A stretch of DNA of 64,000 nt from NCBI RefSeq assembly GCF_039654945.1, contig NW_027361741.1:7998001-8062000 (forward strand), read 5' to 3'. This document shows positions 1 to 12,533 of the stretch, piece by piece (positions within the stretch are counted from its first letter, which is position 1; each line of letters starts with the position of its first letter). The notes under the pieces were generated by a model. That model worked only from the letters and a program-made list of their open reading frames with translations. It made no database searches and was not told the DNA's origin. Source of the stretch: Dendrobates tinctorius (Eukaryota). A program made the translations under genes and the position numbers.

Positions 1-113
1 ATGTAGTATGTAGCATGTATGTAGTATGTATGTTACATGTAGTATATATGTAGTATGAATGTTGTATGTATGTAGCATGTATGTAGCATGTATGTAGCAT
101 GTATGTAGCATGT
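1..113. repeat. Degenerate microsatellite (ATGTAGCATGT)n
   Basis: Tandem ATGT/AGCATGT units are directly visible. Confidence 0.9.
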
Positions 114-246
114 AAATTTTATTTTTTTTTACATTCAACACATTAGCCGGATGATGGGACTACTACTGTCCCATCATTGGCTAATGTGTCAATCACTGTC
201 ATGGTAGCAGGCATCGCCCGATGGGACTTGTAGTCCAATCAGACGA

Positions 247-632
247 TGCCTGCACAGACTACCGGAGCCTGCACAGACCCCCCGGCAGGCCGGCACAGAC
301 CCCCCGGCAGGCCGGCACAGCCCCCCGGAGCCTGCACAGACCACCGGCAGGCCGGCACAGCCCCCCGGCAGGCCGGCACAGACCACCGGAGCCTGCACAG
401 ACCACCGGCAGGCCGGCACAGCCCCCCGGCAGGCCGGCACAGACCACCGGAGCCTGCACAGACCCCCCGGCAGGCCGGCAAAGCCCCCCGGCAGGCCGGC
501 ACAGACCACCGGAGCCTGCACAGACCCCCCGGCAGGCCGGCACAGCCCCCCGGCAGGCCGGCACAGACCACCGGAGCCTGCACAGACCCCCCGGTAGGCC
601 GGCACAGCCCCCCGAAAGGCCCGTACAGACCC
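247..632. repeat. GC-rich minisatellite
   Basis: Shuffled tandem 20-21 bp units GCACAGACCACCGGAGCCT and GCACAGCCCCCCGGCAGGCCG. These explain the overlapping ORFs at 189-997. Confidence 0.95.
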
Positions 633-805
633 CAGAGAGGCTGTACAAGGCAAAAATAGGGTTTTTCTTATTCCGATACCGGAAGTCCCATAGACTTGAG
701 TGGGACTTCCGGTATCGGAATCGGCGATACCCGATATTTTTTTTAGATCGGCCGATACCATCCGATCCGATACTTTTAAGTATCGGACGGTATCGCTCAA
801 CACTA

Positions 806-1362
806 GCCAAGGGTAAATCTCTGTGCATTTATCGGATGAATCCACTGCCGTCGTCTCTTCATGCGTTGGAGACGCAGGATTCGCAGAATTCTTTTCTCCC
901 TCTGGAGAGCAATAATTGCCAACCGATTGCAGTGAAGATCAAATTCCACACAGAAGCTGTTAATATTCGCAATGACTCCTTCCATCTCTGCCACTAGCTC
1001 AAAAACCTTTCAAAGATATTGTTTTACAACACCCTAGATATAGTTTCCCCTAGTTTCCAGGAGCCAATCACATTTGGGAGCATTTTCCAAGAGCCAATCA
1101 TATTTGGGAGCATCCCATTTTGGAGGTATGGAAAAACGGATCCGTCAGAAAACGGAACCAACGGATGGAAAAAACGGATGCCAGCGGATGGAACGGATCC
1201 GGTATTTGACGGATCTGTACAAAAATCCGTATAGCGGATCCGTCAAAAAACGGATCCGTACCATCCGCTGGCATCCGTTTTTACACATTTTTAGCGGATC
1301 CGCCATTTTCACTTTTTGGCGGATTTTGACTGATGGTGAAAAACTGATGTGTGAAACAGGCT
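806..1362 (-). mobile_element. PIF/Harbinger transposon 5' fragment (TIR plus transposase N-terminus), truncated by the hAT-like insertion
   Basis: ORF 994-803 ends RRRQWIHPINAQRFTLG, the W-x-HPIN motif of Harbinger transposases. Terminus ...GTGTGAAACAGGCT is followed by TAA. ACGGATCCGT palindromic subterminal repeats at 1135-1305. Confidence 0.7.
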
Positions 1363-2880
1363 TAAGGATTTAGGGCACTTTTACATGGCGACATTTTGCA
1401 TCTGTATTTGTTATCAGACTCCAGGAATGGATCCAAAACACAGACGAGGTGAAAGTGATTCAGTTATTATTTTTCTCTGAGTTTGCTTCTGTCTGTTTTT
1501 AGCTTCCAAATACTGATGTAAAATACTGACCCAAATACTCACTGTGTGAATGAGGTGAGGGAGCAGCTTGTAATCCTGCTGTAATATAAGTCCTTATTCC
1601 AATGATGAGTGCACACTTGCTTGTCTTCTCTGCTCCATGATATTCAGCAGAGCAGGAGCAACACCTGGGGCAAAACTGTGGACGGCAGATGTCCGGCCCA
1701 ATGACACAGTGACATGTGATGGACCCTGACTCCCAAGCAAAATGAATCAGACAGACGCACATAAAATAAATACACGAAGCATTGCAATTAGGTGTCAAAC
1801 GTTCTCAATTTTATTTAAATTCACATGACACCAAAAATGACACAACCCCCGACTCACGAAGAGTCACCCTCCAGCACTCAGGAGAGGAAAAACCCCCTGT
1901 GGTGGAAACCTCTAGGGAACCATAGCTGGAGGATCGCCCTTCCCTTGGGCTTAGAGAGTTAGTGCCGATATAGCAGATGGAACTGCAGAAATTTACAATT
2001 TGTAAATTTTACTTAATTTACAGAGAACGACATAACAAATATAGACTATAAATGTGATAACCGGATGTGGGAGAGATCTGGCTGCGATATCAGTCACCAC
2101 ATTGGTTGTTAGACCCAATTTAGTTGATCTGATTGCCCAGATGGATGAACCACTTCTTCCTTACAGATCCAGGTCCATTTCTCAAAAATTTAGACTTTTG
2201 GTTACTGGGATTGTTCATATTGGAAAATCCCTAATAGGAGAACCCCCCCCTTTCCTCCACCCCAATTTATCACCCATTAAAGTCATAGGTGCTTCCATGA
2301 ACTCCCAAAGGAGAGCAGCTCTTTGTAGAGGATAACAGAAGGGGATCCTGTGCTGGGGACCCCCCTCTGTTACCTCCCCATGCCCTGGGGGTGTCTAAAG
2401 CAGACAACCCCTTTCCCTGCTAGAACCTCCAAATTACACCAAGGTCGGCACATTACGTGGGTGGTCAAGCTCAACGTCCTCAGGTGCATCAGTAATAGCA
2501 CTGATCGGGGCAGCGCGGCCTTCTATTATAGAATCTTCTTTATCACACTTGTTTATGACCTCATAACAGTTGTCATGGTTACTACAGAGGCTGTTACTGA
2601 TGCAGGACCAAAGTATTAACCCTTTCATCATTGGTAATTCACTTCATTATAGAGGCAAATAACTGCACTTGTTACCAAGCAGGCGCCTATCATTATGGCT
2701 TCCCTTAGGCACCATAAGAAATAGAGATTAAATGTGCGAGAATTTCAGGAGGGGTTTGCACTTTTTAGATCCAGGGATTGGGTTTATAGCTAGCACGTTA
2801 CACTGAAAAAAATAAGGGAATTCACTTAGAAAATAATATTATAGGTAATTGCATTTCAAGCACTTTCCTAATGTACAGCT

Positions 2881-3430
2881 TACATGATTACATAGGTTGA
2901 GCTTGATGATTTTAGGTCTTTTTTCAACCTATCTTCAAATTTATACGTTTTGTATTGCTAGATTATTTATAATTCACAAGGTCATGATTTGTCAAAAAAG
3001 CATCCAGAACTTTTTAAAATGTTGTTATAGTGTCTGCCATTACTTGCTCTTGTGGGCGGACATTCCACAGTCGGATTGCTCTTACTGTAAAGAAGCCTTT
3101 CCTAATTGTCTTACCACCACTTGTAACAAATGTTCCATTATTCTTTGTAAGTCCTTAAAAGTGATAAATAATGTGCCAGTACTATGCATTGATCACATAT
3201 GTATTTATACATATAAATGAGATCTTGTAATAATATAGTTTCAACCTTTGAACTAACTCTAGATTCCAAATATCTTTTTTAAAATGTGGAGCTGAAAAGT
3301 AGATCCTATTTCCAAGATGTGGCCTTACGAGGGGTAATAAAACATTTGGATCACAGGATTTTATCTCTCTTTTTATACACCCTAAAATCTTGTTTGCTTT
3401 TGCAGCTGCTTCCTGACATTGAGTACTGCT
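2881..3430 (-). mobile_element. CR1 LINE 3' fragment
   Basis: Minus strand of 3350-3430 translates to SSTQCQEAAAKANKILGCIKREIK (CR1 RT C-terminus). A TATGTAA-type tail lies at ~2881. Confidence 0.8.
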
Positions 3431-3695
3431 GATAACCCGTGTATCTAATCCTATCCTGAGTGATACTGAGCTGTGTATCTAATCCTGACCTGTGTGATAC
3501 TGAGCTGTGTATCTAATATTCTTCTGTGTGATACTATCTGCTGAGTATTATGTGTGATCTATATGGCGGTATTATGTGTGATCTATATGGCGGTATTATG
3601 TGCGAACTATATGGCGGTGTTATGTGTGAACTATATGGAGATATTATGTGTGATCTATATGGTGGTATTATGTGTGAACTATATGGCGGCATTAT
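3431..3695. repeat. Two adjacent minisatellites (~33-bp GAGCTGTGTATCTAATCCT... and 24-bp TGTGTGATCTATATGGCGGTATTA)
   Basis: Tandem units are visible. The first unit type recurs in reverse orientation at 54315-54510. Confidence 0.85.
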
Positions 3696-3924
3696 AGCCT
3701 GCTTCCCTGGAACTGCGCCTGTCGCCTCGCTTTCACACATTGCCAGGACAGGATCTGAGGAGGGGAATGGTGTCTTTGCATGCAAAGTCTGGATCAGAAC
3801 AGGCCATCAATCAGCAGAAACGTTTCCTGGATTTCTGTGGAGCAGTGTATAAAAGACAGCGCTCTATGTACAATCCCTGGCTGCGCTGCGCACCGAACAG
3901 TGTGCCCCCCATAGACCAGCATAC

Positions 3925-4240
3925 TGCCGTCGTTTTTTTGGAAAAAACGGATCTGGTGACTGATGCCGCTGGATCCGTTTTTTTTCTCATAGACTTGTAT
4001 TTGCGATGGATGGCCTCACGTTTCATCTGTTGTTCGCCGGATTCGTTGAAAATTTTTTGCCCGGGACCGGACATGACGCAGAAAGCAACGTTTTTTGTGT
4101 CCATCGGAAAATCGGACAGTGATGGATCCATCGCTGTTTGTCGTTTTCTCGAATGAAAGCCTATGGGTGCAGGATCCTTTGTCATCCGTCAAATGATGGA
4201 TGCCGACAATGGATCCTTTTTTTTAACTGAGCATGCTCCT
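3925..4240. mobile_element. Degenerate Harbinger-type MITE fragment
   Basis: GGATCC/ACGGATC palindromic motifs resemble those at 1135-1305. Confidence 0.45.
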
Positions 4241-4319
4241 GACAGGTTAAAACACAAGAGAAAGAATAGATATTAATACATAGAATACATATTTTTATAT
4301 ATATATATATATATATATA

Positions 4320-5808
4320 CACTGCTCAAAAAAATAAAGGGAACACTAAAATACCACATCCTAGATATCACTGAATGAAATATTCCAATTGCAAATCTTT
4401 ATTCATTGCATAGTGGAATTCGTTGAGAACAATAAAACATAAAATTGATCAATGTAAGTCAAAATGAATATTTCATGGAGATCTGTATGTGGAATGATAC
4501 TCAAAATTAAAGTGGAAAATCAAATTACAGGTTGATCCAACTTCAGTGGAAATACCTCAAGACAAGGAAACGTGTGTGTGGCCTCCATGTGCCTGTATGA
4601 CCTCCCTACAACGCCTGGGCATGCTCCTGATGAGATCTCCTCCCATACCTGGACTAAAGAATCCGCCAACTCCTGGAAGTCTGTGGTGCAAACGTTACGT
4701 TGGTGGATGGTGCGAGACATGATATCCCAGATGTGTTCAATCGGATTCAGGTCTGGGGAACGGGTGGGCCATCCATAGCTTCAATGCCTTCGTCTTGCAG
4801 GAACTGCTGACACACTCCAGCCACATGAGGTCTGACATTGTCCTGCATTAGGAGGAACCCAGTGCCAACTGCACCAGCATATGGTCTCACAAGGGGACTG
4901 AGGATCTCATCTCGGTATCTAATGGCAGTCTGGCTACCTTTGGCGAGCACATGGAGGGCTGTGCGGCCCTACAAATAAATGCCACCCCACACCATTACTG
5001 ACCCACTGCCAAACCGGTCATGCTAAAGGATGTTGCAGGCAGCAGATCGCTCTCCACGGCATCTCGAGACTCTGTCACGTCTGTCACATGTACTCAGTGT
5101 GAACCTGCCTTCATCAGTGAAGAGCACAGGGCGCCAGTGGTGAATTTGCCAATCCTGGTGTTCTGTGGCAAATACCAAGCGTCCTGCACGGTGCTGGGCT
5201 GTAAGCACAACCCCATCTGTGGACATCAGGCACTCGGACCATCCTCATGGAGTCGGTTTCTAACCGTTTGTGCAGACACATGCACATTTGTGGCCTACTG
5301 GAGGTCATTGGTGGTGCTGCTGCTGGGTTGTTGCCCTCCTACGGCCCCCTCCACATCTCCTGGTGTACTGGCCTGTCTCCTGGTAGTGCCTCCAGCCTCT
5401 GGACACTACGCTGACAGACACTGCAGACCTTCTTGCCACAGCTCTCATTGATGTGCCATCCTGGATGAGCTGCACTACCTGAGCCACTTGTGTGGGTTGT
5501 AGAGTCCGTCTCATGCTACCACAAGTGTGAAAGCACAACTAAAATTCAAAAGTGACCAAAACATCAGCCAGAAAGCCTTGGTACTCAGATGTAGTCTGTG
5601 GTCCCCACCTGCAGAACCACTCCTTTATTGAGTGTGTCTTGATAATTGCCAATAATTTCCACCTGTTTTTTTCCATTTGCACAACAGCATGTGAAATTGA
5701 TTGTCAAACAGTGTTGCTTCCTAAGTGGACAGTTTGATTTCACAGAAGTTTGATTTACTTGGAGTTATATTCTGTTGTTTAAGTGTTCCCTTTTTTTTTT
5801 GAGCAGTG
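4320..5808 (-). mobile_element. Tc1/mariner transposon (DD34E), both TIRs present, transposase frameshifted
   Basis: TIRs CACTGCTCAAAAAAATAAAGGGAACACT ... AGTGTTCCCTTTTTTTTTTGAGCAGTG, flanked by TA. Fragments: HTH ([10 protein letters not shown]), VLFTDE, QDNVRPH and SPDLNPIE. Confidence 0.95.
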
Positions 5809-6060
5809 TATATACATGTCATTGAGACACACATATATATATAGTTCATAGAGTTCTACATAGCATAATAGCGCCTAAATCAGTTGCCGGCTTCAGTAAA
5901 ATCATTCCCGAACCCGACATGATATGACACATGGTTTACATATAGTAAAACAATGTCATATCAAAACGATTTATAAATGTCAGTATTTAATCAATTTAGT
6001 ACTTTGTGTTAGGAAAAATTTGGGGTTAAAGGGTTAAATTTAAGGCTATATTCGCGGAAA

Positions 6061-7095
6061 AAAATTGCGTGGGCTTCCGCATAATTTTCTCCACCAGAGC
6101 GGGAAAGCCAGTGAGTGAGGGCAGATATTAATAGCCTAGAGAGGGACCATTGTTTTCGCCCCCTCCAGCTAAAAAATCTGTCCCCAGCCACCCCAGAAAA
6201 GGCGCATCTATAAGATGCGCCATTTCTTGCACTTAGCCTTTCTATTCCCATTGCCTTTAGCGGTGGCTCATGGGTTAATGATGGGTTAATGTCACCTTGC
6301 TATTGAAAGGTGACATTAAGCTGGGTTGCTAATGAAGAGGTGTCAATAAGCCACCTATCCATTATTAATCCTATGGTAGTAAAGGGTAAAAAAAGACACA
6401 CACACATTGATTAAAAATTATTTTAATGAAATAAATACACAAAGTTTTTGACCAAATTTATTATTCTGCCAATCCAACAAAAGCCCTTTTTCTGTAAAAA
6501 AATTTAAATAAAAAAGCAACAATATCCATACCTCTCCTCTCAGTGACATCAGCGGTAGTCAGTGAGGCTGCGTGGAGTCCCCGGCTGACTTAAGGTGAAC
6601 TCAGGAGCGTGGGAAAAAGTTCACAAACTTTCCCACGCTAATCAGTTTATCTCTGGTCAGCCGGGCGCCTGCACAGACATGATTTCATTCATTCTGCAGT
6701 GGTTTACAGCGGGGTTGGTAGCATTATCACCGGTCTCTGTTGTAAACTAGTTAACCCCTTGTGATGGATTGCAGCGGGGGACCTGACTGAACGGCAGAGA
6801 GGTATGGATATTGTTGGTTTTTTATTTTATTTTATTTTTTTACAGAACAAGGGCTTTTGTTGGATTGGCAGAATAATAAATTTGGTCAAAAACTTTATGT
6901 ATTTATTTCTATTAAAATATTTTTTAATTAATGTGTGTGTCTTTTTTTTTTTACCCTTTAAAGATGCGCCTTTTCTGGGATGGCTGGGGGCAGATTTGTT
7001 TAGCCGGGGGGGGCAAAAACAATGGTTCCTCTCAAGGCTATTAATATCTGCCCTCATTCACTGGCTTTCCCTCTCTGGCGGAGAAAATTGTGCTT
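6061..7095. repeat. ~1-kb foldback (long inverted repeat), internal part of a DNA transposon
   Basis: 6081-6208 is the reverse complement of 6962-7092. 6395-6535 is the reverse complement of 6797-6940. Confidence 0.85.
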
Positions 7096-7685
7096 GAGCA
7101 AAATTGTACATTGGAGAAGGACTGGAAAAGGAACCTAAGTTCAGGCACGAAACATAAGAAGTAGCAGGGTAATATATCCTCTGCTGGTAGGGGAAGTCAA
7201 ACCCCGCAGGACAGAGCAGGGCTAAATTCTTGCAGGTTCTGGCCGCGTCTCCCTATAGCCAGGTGGAGACAGCAGATCCAGCAGAGTTGAAAGTGGTGTA
7301 TGAGGTACTCAGCATGGAGGCCTGACAGGAGAAGGAGCAGAGTGGTGAACGCAGTGAGTAGCACAGAGTTGAGAACATGTATGAGCTACCACCATGACAT
7401 TTTGGCAGAATAGGTATAAATTCCAAGAAAGGCCAATTAAACCAGAAATCTTCACACCAAAATCATTCGGAAAATCTTCCTCTCAGTACTAACTTCTATA
7501 AATTCCTCTAGGAAAGGTTTTTGCTTCACAGAACAAAGGACTGAATTCATGGAAATCCAACATGACAAATTCCTCTTTGACCAGATATCTGCTATTGGGG
7601 AGATACAGCCAGAAGACTTCCACATAAATCAGATTGTTTGCCAATCTTGTCATAATTGGAGGACTATTATTTAATACTAAATATA

Positions 7686-9140
7686 CAGTGGGGAAACTAA
7701 GTATTTGATACACTGCTGATATTGCAAGTTTTCCTACATACAAAGAATGGAGAGGACTGTAATGTTAACTGTGACAGACAGAATTTAAAAATAAAATCCA
7801 AAAAAATTCACAATGTATGATTTTTATGTAATGAATTTGCATTTTATTGCATGAAATAAGCATTTGATACAACAGAAAAACAGAACTTAATATTTGGTAC
7901 AGATTGAAGCCTTTGTTTGCAATTACAGCGGTCAGACGTTTCCTGTAGTCCTTTACCAAGTTTTCACACACTGCAGCAGGGATTTTGACCCACTCCTCCA
8001 TTCAGATCTTCTCCAGATCTTTCAGGTTTGTCACTGGGCAACATTGAGTTTCAGAGCTGCCTCCAAAAATTTTCTATTAGGTTCAGGTCTGGAGACTGTC
8101 TAGGCCACTCCAGGACCTTTGAAATGCTTCTTACGGAGCCACGCCTTGGTTGCCCTAGCTGTGTGTTTTGGGTCATTGTCAGCCATGACCCATCTTCAAT
8201 GCTTTTACTGATGGAAGGAGGTTGTTAGCCAAAATCTCATACATGACCCCATCAATCCTACCTTCAATGTAGTGCAGTAGCCCTGTCCTCTTTGAGGAAA
8301 GCACCCCCAAAGTATGATGTTTGCCCCACCATGCTTCATGGCTGGGACTGTGTTCTTGGAGTTATACGCATCCTTTTCTTCCTCCAAACATGGTGAGTGG
8401 AGCTGATTCCAAAAAGGTCTATTTTGGTCTCATCTGACCCGATAACCCTCTCCCTTGCCATGCCTCCTCTGGATTATCCAGATGGTCATTGGCAATCTTC
8501 AAACAGGCCTGGACATGTGCTGGCATGAGCAGTGGAACTTTATGTGTCCTTCAGGATTTTAATCCATAACGGCATAGTGTGCTACTAGCGCTAATGTTTG
8601 AGACTGTGGTGCCAGCTATGTTCAGGTCAATGACAAGGTCCTCCCGTGTACTTCTGGGCTGAGTCCTGACCTTTCTCAGATTCATCCATACCCCACGAGG
8701 TGAGATTTTGCATGGAGCCCCAGACGGACGAAGATTGACAGTCATCTTGTGTTTCTTCCATTTTCTAATAATTGTGCCAACAGTTGTTGCCTTCTCACCA
8801 AGCTGCTTGCCAATTGTCGTGTAGCCAATCCCAGCGTTGTGCAGGTCTACAATTTTGTCAGTGATGTCCTTAGACAGCTCTTTGATCTTGGGCATGGTGG
8901 AGAGATTAGAGTGTGATTGAGTGTGTGGACAGGTGTCTTATACAGATAATGAGTTCAAACAGATGCAATTAATACAGGGAATGAGAGCAGAGTATAAGGG
9001 ATTCTTAAAGAAAAACTAACAGGTCCGTGAGTACCAGAATTCTTGCTGGTTGGTAGGTGATCGAAAACTTACTTCATGCAATTAAATGCAATTTAATTAT
9101 TTAACATTCATACAATGTGATTTTATAGTTTTTATTTTTA
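7686..9140 (-). mobile_element. Tc1 transposon, decayed, outer right TIR missing
   Basis: TA+CAGTGGGGAAACTAAGTATTTGA TIR. ORF 8895-8551 reads [10 protein letters not shown]...IIRKWKKHK...SGAPCKIS. Other fragments: [13 protein letters not shown] and EEWVKIP. Confidence 0.9.
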
Positions 9141-9142
9141 GA

Positions 9143-9320
9143 TTTGCATGTTCTCCCCGTGTTTGCGTGGGTTTCCTCCGAGTACTCTGGTTTCCTCCCA
9201 CAATCCAAAGATATGCAGTCAAGGAATTTAGATTGTGAGCCCCAGTGTTGACAGTGATGACAATACTTGTAAAGTGCTGTGGAATATGATGACGCTATAC
9301 AAGTAAGCATAACAAATAAT
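9143..9320 (+). mobile_element. V-SINE-type SINE with L2-like tail (5'-truncated)
   Basis: Core TTTGCATGTTCTCCCCGTGTTTGCGTGGGTTTCCTCCG; tail GTAAAGTGCTGTGGAATATG...AAATAAT. Confidence 0.8.
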
Positions 9321-10793
9321 CTACATATATCTACATATCTGCGATATCCAAGTGGGTTGTGGTGCCTTCTAATTACTGAAGTCTTAAATGAGGAAAAGAC
9401 CAGTTTTGAGTAGAGTAGTTACGAAATTTCACCATTCCCTTTTGAAATAAATACCTGGTCAGCAAAATCAATGTAATAAAATAGAGAAACCTTTATACTC
9501 TTAAGGCTCCTCTGTCTTTCTAACAATATTTAGACTGTGATAATAAAAGAAAGCATCTTATTAACTGCCACCTGCATTTAGCCAGCTCTCATACACAGCG
9601 GTAGGGAAATTTGTATTTTAAAGGTTCCTGCTGTAAGACGATGGATCATTTGTGAAGAGCATTGGCAATGGTCCCCGTTTCTCTATGTGATTAATAAGAG
9701 CAGATAATTTCTGGGCTTAAAAAATTGCTCCTAATTACATATTAGGTCTTAAACACCCCAGCAAACTTCTGCTGATGGTAATTTGGCACAGGTCTTTTTC
9801 ATTTCGAGGGCATCATCTAATTTTAGTTAAATATAATGCAATCAATGGCAGATGACTGATATGAAATATGAATATGCTGATGTAAAGTTCTTGAAGAAAG
9901 GAAATGTGTTTTTAATCTCGTTAGCATCTTGAAGTCTCATTAAACATTTCCAAAGGTGTGTGTGTCTGGCACTTTGGCCGCAAAGACCCATATTACATGC
10001 AGTGTAGGTGCTTTCAGATTTTATTCTCAGTAGAACATAAATAGTCAATGTTAGAGAATGCACAGAACATGGTAACGGTCTTGTGAACGCTGTAAAAAAT
10101 TATGATCATTAATTTATAGATCTCCAGTATATGCCACCGCACAGAGAAAAAAATACAATATCTTCAGCCTTTCTAGAGAGCATTTCCTGAAACAATATCA
10201 GCGAAAGGCAGCTGTGAATAAATCTATTTTTATACAGTCTGTAGGGTTTTGCTGAAATTCGAAAGAAAGTTTATTGAAATTCTTCACACGTGGGGTAATG
10301 TGATTGTTTTGTGAGTATATTACACATAATGTATTTAATTTTTAAGGTGTTAGTGGCTTTCTGTCGGCTGCCTGGGAAATGCCAGGCCTTTAATCTTCAT
10401 CTGTCAGTAACACATTATGTTACTATCCCATGTATGTTTAAAATATGATAATACACTAACAAATTGTGGGAAAGGAGAATGATCTTCACTTTCTTATTAA
10501 TAAAAATGATATGGACTTATGCAGAAAACAGAACATCAGAAGAGAACGGAAAAGCTGAGTATTGTCCCAGGGCCCCCAACTGAGAGGAGTAAGGGTTTCT
10601 CCACTGACATATCTAGATCACAGGGTTCGTTGGTGACCGCCCACTATTTTACTCCATTAAAAGCTTTTGGAGTGTTTCTCTTTGTAGGCATAATGACATC
10701 ACTGGTTCTGGCTAGAGATATAACTAGGATTATATGTTAACACACAATAATGAGATCAATTATGATATATTAGGATGTCTATCTAAGCTTCCC

Positions 10794-12533
10794 TGTTAAG
10801 AATATGGTGGACATAATTTCATGCCAATCAACTGCATCATATCCACGTGAAGCTGAGTGAGGACATCTGGCTTAGCAGGTGGTCCAGCTTCAACACCTCT
10901 AAGTGAAAAAGGTCACACCTCAGGCAGCCTAGCTGGTACCAAGACCCTCCTGGCAGGTTGACTCCTTCCGGGGTCCATACTGTTTAACGGCTTCAATCAA
11001 ATTCTCCAGTCAAGTGGGAGCTGTAATTTCATAAGGAGATTGTGCAGTTATCGTAATGTCCTAGCCATATACCGATTACATTTTTGAGATTTCGGGAAGG
11101 GGCCGAAAGGCTGCCAGAGTCTCAATCCATTCTAGCACCCCAGGGTGGTGAGATGCATAGAACAGCTATTAAAGCTAGGTAGCAAAGCTGTGTTTGGTCT
11201 CCAAGCATGACAGGGGCCCGACCGGATCTGATGACGCCAAAACCGCCACTCTATGACCTTCCATAGAGAAGTTATGATCCATCATAGGTTTTGCAGTTTC
11301 AGTTACCAAGAGCCTAGAGGAGGGGGACTAGGACCATCCCGGGGGTGGGAAAGGGTGTGACCAAGCAACAGGTTAATTGCTTGTGTAGGGCATGTGGCCT
11401 TTGTTCACTTCTAAGGGGGTCATGACATACATTGTGTTGGAAGAAACTGGAAACATCTGGCATTCCACTTCTCCCATGTGGTCCACCTCGAAGGCCTAAC
11501 ACTAAGCCAGTAACTGACTTATCTTTCATCTGCTTATACTTTTTGTACTACCACCTGCATTTCCATATCTGACCATTGTACATGTGTATTTATTGTATAT
11601 ATAGTGCTTTTGGTGAGATGCATAGAACAGCTATTAAAGCTAGGTAGCAAAGCTGTGTTTGGTCTCCAAGCATGACAGGGGCCCGACCGGATCTGATGAC
11701 GCCAAAACCGCCACTCTATGACCTTCCATAGAGAAGTTATGATCCATCATAGGTTTTGCAGTTTCAGTTACCAAGAGCCTAGAGGAGGGGGACTAGGACC
11801 ATCCCGGGGGTGGGAAAGGGTGTGACCAAGCAACAGGTTAATTGCTTGTGTAGGGCATGTGGCCTTTGTTCACTTCTAAGGGGGTCATGACGTACATTGT
11901 GTTGGAAGAAACTGGAAACATCTGGCATTCCACTTCTCCCATGTGGTCCACCTCGAAGGCCTAACACTAAGCCAGTAACTGACTTATCTTTCATCTGCTT
12001 ATACTTTTTGTACTACCACCTGCATTTCCATATCTGACCATTGTACATGTGTATTTATTGTATATATAGTGCTTTGTCGAGCATGCACTTAAGTTGAATA
12101 AATATCCAATTTGACCTTGGGCTGCTGGTGGTTTAACATCACATGCTTCTGGGCTGGTTTGTGGCCTGATATATTCCTGTTAACGGACTGGGCTTATATC
12201 TAACAAGGAAACGGCAGTCCTACTGGACTGACAAGGCTCTGTTTCAATGGTGCTAGTGAAAGGGGTCTCTCAGCTTATCAGGGATGTGAACAAATGTGCC
12301 ACACCAGCGGCTGCGTGGGCCACCCTCTCTCACTCCCCGTCCCTTCCTGTGCCCGTGTGGAAAGTGAGTGTCTGTGTAAAACTCTACCAAGTTGACCTTC
12401 GTATCACCAGGATGAGTAGAACGTCACGTTGGTGAAAGTCGGGAGACCGTACTTTGTGACCCCTCGACGAATTAGTGACGTCAGGTGGGTCTGTGAGGTG
12501 TGGTTCATAACATATTGATAGCAGCAGTGGGAT
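10794..12533 (+). mobile_element. Orphan 5' LTR with a degenerate tRNA-Leu-like PBS
   Basis: TGTTAAGA (10794) ... TCATAACA (12512) termini; AATAAA at ~12098. TGATAGCAGCAGTGGGAT (12516-12533) matches TGGTGGCAGCGGTGGGAT at 15/18. No TSD and no internal coding region. Confidence 0.55.
11146..12075 (+). repeat. 465-bp tandem duplication (2 copies)
   Basis: 11146-11610 and 11611-12075 are near-identical, giving twin ORFs that differ by one residue. Confidence 0.97.

Larger units (their letters stand above)
1..805. mobile_element. Right end of a non-autonomous hAT-like DNA transposon with internal satellites
   Basis: Ends ...GGTATCGCTCAACACTA (reverse complement TAGTGTTGAGCGATAC, a TAG-starting hAT-type TIR). 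Subterminal CCGATAC/GTATCGG palindromes at 670-800. The left end is outside the window. Confidence 0.6.

Noticed and set aside
189-997. Overlapping 114-258 aa ORFs on both strands
   Set aside because: They are translations of a stop-free GC-rich minisatellite.
3534-3852. Repetitive MCDLYGGI / SHIIPPY peptides
   Set aside because: They come from a 24-bp minisatellite, with no evidence of a gene.
7441-7673. 77-codon open frame as a host exon
   Set aside because: No recognisable homology or clear splice signals; the length is within chance expectation.
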